Positions 16,223 to 25,527 of a stretch of DNA of 64,000 nt are shown here, piece by piece. This stretch comes from Erysipelotrichaceae bacterium. GTDB taxonomy: Bacteria; Bacillota_I; Bacilli_A; Erysipelotrichales; Coprobacillaceae. A model generated the notes under the pieces. That model was not told the DNA's origin. It saw only the letters and a program-made list of their open reading frames with translations, and did no database searches. Each line of letters begins with the position of its first letter. Position 1 is the first letter of the stretch. The translations under genes were made by a program, and so were the position numbers. The stretch covers positions 7,029 through 71,028 of the forward strand of contig JAJQEL010000074.1 of the NCBI GenBank assembly GCA_021201655.1, given 5' to 3'.

Positions 16223-18526
16223 TTATTTAATTTTACCCATTGCTTTAAGAATCTTTTGAGGTGTACATGGATATTCTGTCATTTCCACACCAATAGCATT
16301 ACTTACAGCCATTAAAATAGAGGCAGGTGCTGGTGATGGAGAAATTTCACCAAAACCTAAAGCATGGAAAGATTCACTATCCCATTCACTTTCTAAGAAT
16401 ACAGTATCAAATTGAGGGAAATTATTAAATGTACGCCATTTATAATCAATCATATTACCATTCATAAAACGACCTAATTTTTTATCAAGAATCATTTCTT
16501 CAAATAAACCAGTATCACCACCAGCTGAACCAAATGAACCTTCAGCCTGCATACGTAAATTAATTGGATCAATGATTTGTCCGACATCAGAACCTTCAAT
16601 AGCTCTAATCAATTTGGCTTCGCCAGTTTCAAGATTGACACATACTTCTGATAAATATAAGGCAAAGTTTGGTTTATCAAAGTTTTGTACATAATTATAT
16701 TTTCCTTGAATCGTCATTTCTGGACCAGTTACTGCAATCCAAGGGATATGCATTTGTGGATCTTTCTTATGGATAACCATAAAATCTTCGGTATCCAAAT
16801 CTTCAACATTCGCATTGAATTTAACAGCTGCCATTTCTAACAATTGGCGACGAGCATCTTTTGCTGCATTAACGGCTGTTGTTCCCATTGTAATCGTACC
16901 ACGAGAACCAATCATACCAGCATCATAACCTGTACCATGCGTATCAGCATCAACCACTTGAACACCATCCAATGGACATTTCAATACTTCAGCTACCATC
17001 TTTTGTACAGCTAAACGCTGTCCGCCACCAGTCTCACCTATACAAATCACAACTGTCACATTACCTGTCGCATGAAGTTTCACAATACCTTCTGTTGGAT
17101 CTTCACCGATATCAGCATTACCATGAACACCAACACCAACACCAATCGCATAACGACCATCTTTACTCACCCAGGTAGGCTTTTCCCAGCCTTTCCATTT
17201 ATCTTTCCAACCAAATGCTTTTGCTGTTTCATCAAAAGCTTTACGATAATCAACAGAATGAACATCCCACCATATATTATCACGCCAGATATAACGATCT
17301 CCAGCTCGTACAAAGTTTTCTCTAAACACTTCTAATGGATCCATATTGGCTTCTCTAATGGCGGTACAAACCATAGGTACTAATACGGATTTACATTCCT
17401 GGCCACCAAAACCACGTATAGGAGCTTGAGATGAATGGTTTGTCGCTACTAATTTCGTATCCAATGCCCAGTTTTTACATTTTCCTAAGAAGGCCTGACA
17501 TTCTCCTAAACCAACAGCTGTCATCGCTTGTGCATAAGTAGAAGACATACCAGAGTCAGTATACCACATACCTTCGACAGCATTAATAATACCATCCTCA
17601 GTCATACCAATTTTACCACGAATACGACTACCTTGACGCAGTTCATAGCTTAACATATGTTCATTTCGACTCATCATAAATTTACAAGGACGACCAGTAA
17701 TCTTACTCATCAACACAGCTTGTAAAATCATATGGGGAATCAATTGCTTAGAGCCATAAGAATCACCAGCCTGCACAGCAATAACACGCACAGCCACACC
17801 TGGAATAGATGCTTCAGTATTAAACTTTTGAATATGTGGTGCCCCACCATCATACCAAACTGTCACAGCATGATTACTTGTCCATTCAGCGATACATCCA
17901 GGACTTTCAGGTGGTAATGGATGCGCCATATTATCATATTTCATATAGCTTTCTTTCACATATTTACTTTCTTTGAATCCCTTTTCTACATCACCAACAA
18001 AGATATCATTAAAAGGTACCTCTGAAAAAGGTGTCACCTTAACAATTTCATTATGCGGATATTCTTCATATAATTGAGGAGCCCCATCTTCTAACGCTTC
18101 TTCACAATCCAATACAAAAGGTAAAACTTCATATTCAACCTTAATTAAATCTAACGCCTCATCTGCAGCTTCTAATGTTTCAGCAGCCACCAAAGCTACA
18201 GAATCGCCTGTAAAACGCACATGTTGATCGAGTACACGACGATGTTGTGGTAAACCACATTTCCAATCAGGTGCATCCTTATAAGTTGCTACGCCAATAA
18301 CACCTGGAACATTTTTGGCATCTTCTACGTCAATACTAGTAATCATCGCATTTGGATAAGGTGATCTCAAAACACGAACAATCAACATATCAGGTTTATA
18401 AATATCATCAATAAATTGTCTCTTTCCACTTACTAACTCATCAGCTTCAGCTCGATTTGCATGTTTACCAATATAACGATATTCATGTTCACTAACCTTA
18501 ACTTGTTCTTTCATTTTATCATACAT
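16223..18526 (-). CDS. Molybdopterin-binding large subunit of a xanthine dehydrogenase/aldehyde oxidase-family hydroxylase
   Basis: Size and sequence match XdhA/CoxL-type subunits (GKRQFIDDI..., GGFGGQ-like RGFGGQE, GQRLAVQKM). Start placed at ATG 18526, after the GGAGG SD. Confidence 0.85.
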   Translation of the reverse strand: MYDKMKEQVKVSEHEYRYIGKHANRAEADELVSGKRQFIDDIYKPDMLIVRVLRSPYPNAMITSIDVEDAKNVPGVIGVATYKDAPDWKCGLPQHRRVLDQHVRFTGDSVALVAAETLEAADEALDLIKVEYEVLPFVLDCEEALEDGAPQLYEEYPHNEIVKVTPFSEVPFNDIFVGDVEKGFKESKYVKESYMKYDNMAHPLPPESPGCIAEWTSNHAVTVWYDGGAPHIQKFNTEASIPGVAVRVIAVQAGDSYGSKQLIPHMILQAVLMSKITGRPCKFMMSRNEHMLSYELRQGSRIRGKIGMTEDGIINAVEGMWYTDSGMSSTYAQAMTAVGLGECQAFLGKCKNWALDTKLVATNHSSQAPIRGFGGQECKSVLVPMVCTAIREANMDPLEVFRENFVRAGDRYIWRDNIWWDVHSVDYRKAFDETAKAFGWKDKWKGWEKPTWVSKDGRYAIGVGVGVHGNADIGEDPTEGIVKLHATGNVTVVICIGETGGGQRLAVQKMVAEVLKCPLDGVQVVDADTHGTGYDAGMIGSRGTITMGTTAVNAAKDARRQLLEMAAVKFNANVEDLDTEDFMVIHKKDPQMHIPWIAVTGPEMTIQGKYNYVQNFDKPNFALYLSEVCVNLETGEAKLIRAIEGSDVGQIIDPINLRMQAEGSFGSAGGDTGLFEEMILDKKLGRFMNGNMIDYKWRTFNNFPQFDTVFLESEWDSESFHALGFGEISPSPAPASILMAVSNAIGVEMTEYPCTPQKILKAMGKIK

Positions 18527-18527
18527 A

Positions 18528-19043
18528 TTATACAGCCTCCTCATTGATAGACTCAATAAACATCATAACTGTTCTTATAACCTGATAATGACTAATACAA
18601 CGACAATAGTTACCTGACAATGCTTCTGTTAATTCTGCTTCAGTTGGATTTGGATTTTTCATTAATAAAGCCTGAGTAGACATAATAATACCTGGTGTAC
18701 AGTAACCACATTGAAAAGCTGAATTATCCGCAAAAGCACGTTGCAGCGGACTTAATTCTCCCGTAATTGGATCAGCCAAACCTTCTAGCGTAATCACTGA
18801 CTTACCATCGCAATCAGCTGTTAAAACCATACATGAAGCAACGGGTTCACCATCTAGAATAACTGTACAACATCCACATGCTCCATGTTCACAGCTTCTT
18901 TTGGCAGCTGTTAAATGTAAATGATCACGTAAAGTATCCAATAAAACTTCAGAAGGTGAAATACATCCATCAAAATCGCCAATTAAAAATTTATGTAATT
19001 TACCATTCACTGTGATAGATATACTTTCGATTTGCTCACTCAT
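18528..19043 (-). CDS. [2Fe-2S] small subunit of the Mo hydroxylase (XdhC-Fe-S/CoxS-like)
   Basis: Two cluster motifs: CEHGACGCCTV and CGYCTPG...C-x-C. Confidence 0.9.
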   Translation of the reverse strand: MSEQIESISITVNGKLHKFLIGDFDGCISPSEVLLDTLRDHLHLTAAKRSCEHGACGCCTVILDGEPVASCMVLTADCDGKSVITLEGLADPITGELSPLQRAFADNSAFQCGYCTPGIIMSTQALLMKNPNPTEAELTEALSGNYCRCISHYQVIRTVMMFIESINEEAV

Positions 19044-19243
19044 AAATTTTTCCTCCTATTAACCATAATTTTTATTAGTTTAACATCTATTATATAAGTC
19101 AAAAAGTAGCATACTTCTCACTAGTTGTGTAGACTACATATTTTTTATAAAAAAATTTATATGATACATATACTTCATATGTAATTTAGACTACTATATT
19201 ATTTTTCATTATGCTTTAAAATGGTATAAAAGGAGTTTTTATC

Positions 19244-20125
19244 ATGAAGAGTGTAATTATATTAGAGTCTGATCATTTAGCTGCAGTTGCGATGGATATG
19301 TTGAATCCTAATGAAATGGAACTCATTGGGATTGGTAATTCATATAGTGATGAATGGAATGTTTTAGATGATGAAGGAAATATAACAGATGACTTTGAAG
19401 GTATTGCGATTATGCCTATAGATTTAGCAGTTGCACTGCAAAGTGATGTGATCGTGTTAGCTGCCCCAACCAAAGAAAAATGCGATGGTTTAAGATATAT
19501 GGCTATTCGTGCAGGTTATATGAATGATATTATTTTTATGAGTGATTTAACGACGCAGTTTTCTATTCAGAGTGCCTCTTTAAGAAGAATGGCTTATCGT
19601 TTGAATACTTTAAATATTGAAGGAAATATTGCCGAGTTAGGTTGTTTTAATGGTAATATGTCATGGCAATTGAATGCTTTATTTAAGGATCGTAAATTAT
19701 ATTTATATGATACTTTTGTGGGATTTGATGAAAGAGATATTGAAATCGAAGAAAAGAATCATTATTCTGATGCCAAATTAGGGCAATACGCACCTAAGAA
19801 TCCTGATGCGATTATGGAGCGTTTACCATATAAAGATAACGTAATCATCAAAAAAGGATGGTTCCCAATGAGTGCCCAAAATGAAGAGGACGAAAAGTTT
19901 GCATTTGTTTTTATGGATGCTTGTCTTTATCAACCAACATACAAGGGTTTAGAATTTTTCTTTCCCCGTATGAGTCGTGGTGGTATGATTCTTATTAACC
20001 ACTATGACAGTCCTATTTATCAAGGTGTTGAAGCAGCAATAAAGGATTTAGAAGCAAAATATGGTGTCTTTTTAATAGTTCCTTTAGGAGATTTTCAAGG
20101 TTCTATGATGATTGTTCATCCATAA
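19244..20125 (+). CDS. TylF/MycF-like class I SAM-dependent methyltransferase with approx. 100-aa N-terminal extension
   Basis: ELGCFNGNMS, LYLYDTFVGF and FVFMDACLYQPTYKGLEFFFPRMSRGGMILINHY resemble macrocin-O-methyltransferase family motifs. Confidence 0.65.
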   Translation: MKSVIILESDHLAAVAMDMLNPNEMELIGIGNSYSDEWNVLDDEGNITDDFEGIAIMPIDLAVALQSDVIVLAAPTKEKCDGLRYMAIRAGYMNDIIFMSDLTTQFSIQSASLRRMAYRLNTLNIEGNIAELGCFNGNMSWQLNALFKDRKLYLYDTFVGFDERDIEIEEKNHYSDAKLGQYAPKNPDAIMERLPYKDNVIIKKGWFPMSAQNEEDEKFAFVFMDACLYQPTYKGLEFFFPRMSRGGMILINHYDSPIYQGVEAAIKDLEAKYGVFLIVPLGDFQGSMMIVHP

Positions 20126-20175
20126 AAGCTATTTCTTTTTGTTGGAAAAAATGTATAATTAAGAAAGGAGAAACT

Positions 20176-20712
20176 ATGAACTTTTATAAAAATCATTATG
20201 GTATGATTATATCATCAGTAATAGCGATTGGTGTATCCATTGTTATGGCAACAGCTGCTTTTATTGTACAAGGTAATCCTATTGAATTACCTGATTTGAT
20301 AAAGAACTGGGGAACAGCTTTTTTAACTATTTCTTTAACTGGTATGATTTGTCCATTAACTGATTGGAGTTTTGCCTTATGTCGTAAACTCAAGCTTAAA
20401 GTTGAATCTTTACCTCATGTATTAGTAGAAAACACTGTAGCGACATTAGTATTTAATACAACAGCTACACTTGTTTTATCAGCTGTTAATATTTATGGTA
20501 ATGAAGCGATTGAAGCTGCTGTTGCAGCAGGGCAAATTCCTAGTGTGACTTCTGTTTTTATCGAAAGTGTTATCCATGATTGGCCAATCATGTTTGTGAT
20601 TTCATTTATTGCAGCCTTCTTTGTAACACAGCTTGCAGTACGCATCGCTAAACAAGCAGTTGGTGAATTGATAACACCAGAATCACCTCAATATCAAGAA
20701 CATGAAGAATAA
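20176..20712 (+). CDS. Small integral membrane protein, unknown function
   Basis: Four predicted hydrophobic helices. GGAG SD upstream. Confidence 0.5.
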   Translation: MNFYKNHYGMIISSVIAIGVSIVMATAAFIVQGNPIELPDLIKNWGTAFLTISLTGMICPLTDWSFALCRKLKLKVESLPHVLVENTVATLVFNTTATLVLSAVNIYGNEAIEAAVAAGQIPSVTSVFIESVIHDWPIMFVISFIAAFFVTQLAVRIAKQAVGELITPESPQYQEHEE

Positions 20713-20717
20713 AAAAC

Positions 20718-20748
20718 ATTCCCTAAGATTATCTTAGGGAATTTGTTT
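20718..20748 (+). terminator. Intrinsic terminator-like hairpin approx. 20 nt before module 2
   Basis: 10-bp stem attccctaag/cttagggaat with loop attat, followed by TTGTTT. Confidence 0.6.
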
Positions 20749-20761
20749 AAGGAGAACCAAT

Positions 20762-21853
20762 ATGGAAGAGACTTTAATTATTGAAAATACCGATATCATC
20801 CAGCGCCATGCTTATTTTCATACTAATATTAAACATCTAATCATTAAAAATGTTAAAATTATTGATGTCGAAGCATTTCATGGCTGTAACAAGCTAGAAA
20901 CTATAGAATTTCATGAAGGGCTTCAAGAAATTAGGAGTCGTGCTTTTTGGTATTGTTCATCCTTAAAAGAAGTTGTTTTTCCTAAAAGCATCCAGCTGAT
21001 TGGTTCTCGTGCTTTTGAATGTTGTAGCCATTTAGAAAAGATCAAGCTTTTATATCCAGGTACATTTATTGATGAATATGCCTTTAATGAAACACCTTAT
21101 TGGAATACATTATTGCATCAAGCCAGTCTTTGTACCTCTCAAAATAAAAGCGATTGTTATCCTGAACTTGTTTTACCTGAAGGAGCGATGCATGTTGATA
21201 TTTGGGCTTATAATAAAAGTGCCATTGAATATCTTTATTTACCAAATAGTTTACGTACGATAGGTAATTGTGCTTTTAAAGATTGTACTTATTTAAAAGA
21301 AATTTCCATGTCACCTAATAGCTATTGCAATACCAAAATGAAATTACATTATACGGATGGTATTTTTTCTGGATGCCAAAGTTTAGAAAAAGTAATTTTT
21401 CGTGGTCCACTTAAACCTCATGGAAAGTTTTTAGAAGGATTTGATGAAGAAAAGACATTTATGGGTTGTTATCAACTCAAACAAATGATTGGCTGGGACA
21501 TTCCTTTAGAACTATATCCTGGATCATGGAGAGGTTATGCGATTAATGGTTATTTAGAAGATATTGATAGAAATAGTCATTATAGCAAAAATGTTCAAGC
21601 ATCCTATGATGATTATCTAAAAAATCATTATGAAATGTATATTCAAAAAGCTTCACGTAATCAATCCTATGCTATTCATCAATACTTAACAAGTCATCAA
21701 CTGATCAATGAACGACATATTCAAGCTTTATTAGAAGTTGCTACAAAGCATCAAAACGCAGATATCATTGCCCTGCTATTAGAATATCAAAATACCTATC
21801 ATAAACATAATTCATTTAATGAACTCATAGATGCCTTTTTACAGGAGGACTAG
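20762..21853 (+). CDS. Cytoplasmic BspA-type LRR protein with ankyrin-like C-terminus, module 2
   Basis: LRR_5-like repeats IIDVEAFHGCNKLETIEFHEGLQEIRSRAFWYCSSLKEVVFPKSIQLIGSRAFECCSHLEKI with no signal peptide. C-terminal motif ALLEVATKHQNADIIALLLEYQ. Confidence 0.7.
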   Translation: MEETLIIENTDIIQRHAYFHTNIKHLIIKNVKIIDVEAFHGCNKLETIEFHEGLQEIRSRAFWYCSSLKEVVFPKSIQLIGSRAFECCSHLEKIKLLYPGTFIDEYAFNETPYWNTLLHQASLCTSQNKSDCYPELVLPEGAMHVDIWAYNKSAIEYLYLPNSLRTIGNCAFKDCTYLKEISMSPNSYCNTKMKLHYTDGIFSGCQSLEKVIFRGPLKPHGKFLEGFDEEKTFMGCYQLKQMIGWDIPLELYPGSWRGYAINGYLEDIDRNSHYSKNVQASYDDYLKNHYEMYIQKASRNQSYAIHQYLTSHQLINERHIQALLEVATKHQNADIIALLLEYQNTYHKHNSFNELIDAFLQED

Positions 21854-21854
21854 T

Positions 21855-23240
21855 ATGAACGGTGAGGAACTCGCTTTAGAAATTATCAATCTTTCTAGAA
21901 ATACCCTTATGATTCATTATCGTTTTTTAGATAAAGCCATTTATCAATTGGAACTATCTATGGATCCTACCACAACTTTGGCAACTGATGGTTTTTATTA
22001 TTATTATAATCCTGCTCATGTTTTAAAAGTCTATAGTATGTCTCAATCAAGACTGATTCATGATTATTATCATACTTTACTTCATTGCATCTTTCATCAT
22101 CCCTTTGTGGAGAATATTGATACATTGGTTTGGGATTTAGCCTGTGATATTGCGATTGAAGCATGCATCCAATCAATGAATGATGATTTAGTAAAAATAA
22201 AATTAGATGTCCATGCCCAAATGATCCTCAACGATTTACAAAAAGAACTCAAACAACTAAGTGCTGAAAAAATATATCGTTATTTTAAAAATCAACATTT
22301 AGATGATGAAACCTTACTCACTTATCGTGATTATTTTAAAGTCGATGAACATGAATGCTGGTATGAACATACCAAGCAAAATGATAATCAACAACAAAGT
22401 GATGATTTAGATAAAGAAAGTCAAAACAATCAAAATAGTCAATCATCATCAAATAATGATAATCAAGGTGATACGCCACAAAATCAGGAAGGTGAATCCA
22501 TCAAAAAGCAGTGGCAACAAATATCCCAAAGTATGCAAACAGATTTAGAAACCTTATCTAAAGATTACGCAACTAAGTCAGGGACATTATCATTACAATT
22601 AAGTATCACCAACCATACTAAAACAAGTTATCATGATTTTTTAAGTCAATTTATGGTATTCAATGAAGAAATAACGATTAATGATGAAGAATTTGATTAT
22701 ATATATTATACATATGGATTAAAACTCTATGAGAATATACCGCTTATAGAACCATTAGAATATAAAGAAGATAAAAAGATTCAAGATTTAGTTATTGCGA
22801 TTGACACATCAGCATCGGTCAAAGAAAAAGTCATTCAAAAGCTTATTAATGAAACTTATGATATTCTTCTTTCTAAAGAAAGCTTTTTTCATCATTTTAA
22901 TTTATATTTGATACAATGTGATAGTCAAATCCAGGATGTTACGGTTATTCATCAATATGAAGAATTAGAAAATTATCAACTTACTATGAAAGGTTTTGGT
23001 GGGACGGATTTTAGACCAGTTTTTGAGTATATTGAAAATTTACAAGCCAATCATGAGCTGACTCAATTAAAAGGATTGATTTACTTAACCGATGGTGAAG
23101 GTATATATCCGCAAAAACAACCACCATATAAAGTAGCTTTTCTCATGTTTGATCAAAATATAGAAGTACCTGTGTGGGCAATAAAAATGATATTAGAGGA
23201 GGACGATTATGAATATCCAAGAAGCGAAAGATCAAATTAA
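21855..23240 (+). CDS. DUF2201-type protein: metallopeptidase-like N-domain fused to VWA domain, module 2
   Basis: Start at ATG 21855, after the AGGAGGA SD. YYHTLLHCIFHH, WDLACDIAIE, MIDAS motif VIAIDTSASV, GGTDFRP. Confidence 0.8.
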   Translation: MNGEELALEIINLSRNTLMIHYRFLDKAIYQLELSMDPTTTLATDGFYYYYNPAHVLKVYSMSQSRLIHDYYHTLLHCIFHHPFVENIDTLVWDLACDIAIEACIQSMNDDLVKIKLDVHAQMILNDLQKELKQLSAEKIYRYFKNQHLDDETLLTYRDYFKVDEHECWYEHTKQNDNQQQSDDLDKESQNNQNSQSSSNNDNQGDTPQNQEGESIKKQWQQISQSMQTDLETLSKDYATKSGTLSLQLSITNHTKTSYHDFLSQFMVFNEEITINDEEFDYIYYTYGLKLYENIPLIEPLEYKEDKKIQDLVIAIDTSASVKEKVIQKLINETYDILLSKESFFHHFNLYLIQCDSQIQDVTVIHQYEELENYQLTMKGFGGTDFRPVFEYIENLQANHELTQLKGLIYLTDGEGIYPQKQPPYKVAFLMFDQNIEVPVWAIKMILEEDDYEYPRSERSN

Positions 23241-24663
23241 ACAAGCCATGATAGCTTATTTTTCTAAGGATGAATACGGACAATATATGATTCCTTTGCA
23301 TAAACAAAGACCAATATTTCTCATTGGTGCTCCTGGTATTGGTAAAACAGCCATTATGGAACAAATTGCCCAGGAATTAAATGTTGGTTTAGTAAGCTAT
23401 TCTATGACTCATCATACCAGACAATCAGCTTTAGGTTTACCTTATATTGTTGAAAAGAATTATCAGGATGTTTCTTATCAGGTATCAGAGTATACGATGT
23501 CAGAGATTATTTCATCTATTTATGATTATATGAAAAATACCAATCATCAAGAAGGCATCTTATTTTTAGATGAAATTAATTGTGTATCAGAAACCTTAGC
23601 TCCTTCCATGTTACAGTTTTTACAATATAAGATTTTTGGTAGACACCAAGTTCCTGAAGGATGGATTGTGGTAACTGCAGGAAATCCTCCAGAATATAAT
23701 AAGTCAGTTAAGGAATTTGATATTGTGACGATGGATAGATTGAAATGCATCCATGTAGAACCTGATTATCAAGTATGGAAACAATACGCCCTGTCGCACA
23801 ATATGCATCCTGCTGTTTTATCTTATTTAGATAGTAAAAAGGATTATTTTTATAGAGTTGAAACAAGTGTTGAAGGAAAGATTTTTGTCACGGCTAGAGG
23901 CTGGGAAGATTTATCGACGATGATGAAACTTTATGAACAGAATGATTTACCTATTAATATTGATTTGATCATTCAATATTTACAACATCCTAAAATTGCC
24001 AGAGATTTTGCCTCTTATTATGATTTATTTATGAAATATCAATCACAATATGATATTGTAGATATTTTACAAGGAAATGTTGATGATAAAATCAAACAAC
24101 AAGCCACGCATGCACGTTTTGATGAACGTTTAGCATTACTTAGCTTATTGATTGATCATGTAACATCACAAATGAAAGATATTCAAATCAAACAAAATGC
24201 CTTATTGAAGATTATGGAACAACTCAAAAAAGATCACTCATCTGAATCTTTACAGCAATATCTTAATCAAAACAACGATTTAATGGCTACACATAAAAAA
24301 TATCACAACTTAGCATCGCAGGAAATAAGTGAAATATCTATGATTAATACATTTTTTAGTGAACATCTTCATGATGATTGTCCAACGACAAAACAGGCAT
24401 TTGGATTACAAGTCAATACTATCAAAACACAAATCGCTGATATGCAAAACCAATTAGAAAATTTATTTAATTTTGTCGAAGAAGTATTTCAAGATGGTCA
24501 AGAATTACTTATATTAGTTACTGAATTAACACTCAATCCTTATTCAGCATCTTTTATATCACAAAATGGTTGTCCTCAATATTTCAAACATAATAAGGAA
24601 TTACTATTCTATGAAAGAAACAAAGAAATTATTACAAAATTAGAAGAATTAAACGATAACTAA
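23209..24663 (+). CDS. AAA_5 (MoxR/CbbQ-like) AAA+ ATPase, module 2
   Basis: GAPGIGKT, ILFLDEIN, VTAGNP. GAGGAGGA SD upstream. Overlaps the end of the VWA gene by 32 nt. Confidence 0.85.
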   Translation: MNIQEAKDQIKQAMIAYFSKDEYGQYMIPLHKQRPIFLIGAPGIGKTAIMEQIAQELNVGLVSYSMTHHTRQSALGLPYIVEKNYQDVSYQVSEYTMSEIISSIYDYMKNTNHQEGILFLDEINCVSETLAPSMLQFLQYKIFGRHQVPEGWIVVTAGNPPEYNKSVKEFDIVTMDRLKCIHVEPDYQVWKQYALSHNMHPAVLSYLDSKKDYFYRVETSVEGKIFVTARGWEDLSTMMKLYEQNDLPINIDLIIQYLQHPKIARDFASYYDLFMKYQSQYDIVDILQGNVDDKIKQQATHARFDERLALLSLLIDHVTSQMKDIQIKQNALLKIMEQLKKDHSSESLQQYLNQNNDLMATHKKYHNLASQEISEISMINTFFSEHLHDDCPTTKQAFGLQVNTIKTQIADMQNQLENLFNFVEEVFQDGQELLILVTELTLNPYSASFISQNGCPQYFKHNKELLFYERNKEIITKLEELNDN

Positions 24664-24666
24664 AAA

Positions 24667-24690
24667 CCATTTATCAAAACTGATAAATGG
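24667..24690. terminator. Bidirectional intrinsic terminator between the convergent AAA+ and nitroreductase genes
   Basis: ccatttatca/tgataaatgg stem with loop aaac. Flanked by an A-run on the left and CTTTTT on the right. Confidence 0.65.
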
Positions 24691-24697
24691 CTTTTTA

Positions 24698-25363
24698 TTA
24701 TGCCCACTCAAAATTTTCTTTACCTGCACCTAGTTCAAAATGATATTTTCCAATACCTAAATCAATACCACTAAAACCTTTATTACTACAAGTAATTGAT
24801 ACTTTATTTTCATGACCCTTGACAGTAAAGGCTTGTTTGTTCATAGCTGTTGGTGCTTGAAGCAATGCCTTTATGCCTTCATTAAACCATGCAGGAGCAG
24901 CTCCTTCATAACTACTAATTTCATCTGCTGTTTTAGATTTGTGTGGTTTTCCTGATTCGGCACCATATCCTACAACAATAACACCACTATTACGTAAAGA
25001 ATCATCATCCAAGTGTTTCTTAACGCCTTTCTTACTAACCATGCCACCAATCCACCAAGTATTAAGTCCTAAAGTTTGTGCGTATAAAACAATATCAGCA
25101 CCACAATAACCTAATTTTTCATCAAGATCAGGTGTATCAGCTCCAGCTAAAATAAAATAATTATTAATATTCTTACCACCAGAAATCTTCGCTAAAGATG
25201 AAACACCATCTGAATTGTTAGTAATTAATTTTATATTTAATCCATATTTTTCATTATTCTCATCTACACGTTCATTAAGTAATTCAACAACATCAGCTGA
25301 AAGTGGTTTGTCCATATATTTATGTACTGTATGTCTTTCATAAATAGCTTCATTCATATTCAT
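24698..25363 (-). CDS. Nitroreductase-family protein
   Basis: N-terminal AIYERHTVHKYMDKPL is typical of the family, and the size fits. Confidence 0.75.
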   Translation of the reverse strand: MNMNEAIYERHTVHKYMDKPLSADVVELLNERVDENNEKYGLNIKLITNNSDGVSSLAKISGGKNINNYFILAGADTPDLDEKLGYCGADIVLYAQTLGLNTWWIGGMVSKKGVKKHLDDDSLRNSGVIVVGYGAESGKPHKSKTADEISSYEGAAPAWFNEGIKALLQAPTAMNKQAFTVKGHENKVSITCSNKGFSGIDLGIGKYHFELGAGKENFEWA

Positions 25364-25527
25364 AGTTATAAACCTCCTCTTTTTCTATAAATATTTATGA
25401 TTTTCCAAAAAGTAACTTGATAATCATATCACCGAATGGTATTATTATCATACCATGTATGAAAAGTGTATACAAGTACGCAGAAAAATCATACATAGTA
25501 TGAATGACCATACTAGGAGGACTATTA

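Noticed and set aside
13811-19043. Selenocysteine recoding or a SECIS element in the Mo-hydroxylase genes. Some clostridial XDH-family enzymes are Se-dependent.
   Set aside because: All three ORFs are continuous with no in-frame TGA. The selenium in such enzymes is a labile cofactor and is not encoded, so the sequence says nothing about it.
19130-19194. The direct octamer TAGACTAC occurs twice (19130-19137 and 19187-19194), and a CATAT-N5-ATATG palindrome lies in the divergent control region. These could be operators.
   Set aside because: An 8-mer repeat and a 5-6-bp AT palindrome in 200 bp of AT-rich DNA can arise by chance. No cognate regulator gene is adjacent. They are noted only as candidates for footprinting.
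14967-23750. Short nested ORFs at 14967-15167, 15569-15865, 16972-17335, 17732-17917, 19273-19473, 20196-20393, 21069-21263, 21967-22176, 23143-23364 and 23547-23750.
   Set aside because: All are embedded in strongly supported genes, antisense except 21069-21263, which is an alternative frame of the same strand. They are His/Thr/Ile-rich junk translations typical of AT-rich DNA. None has translation signals.
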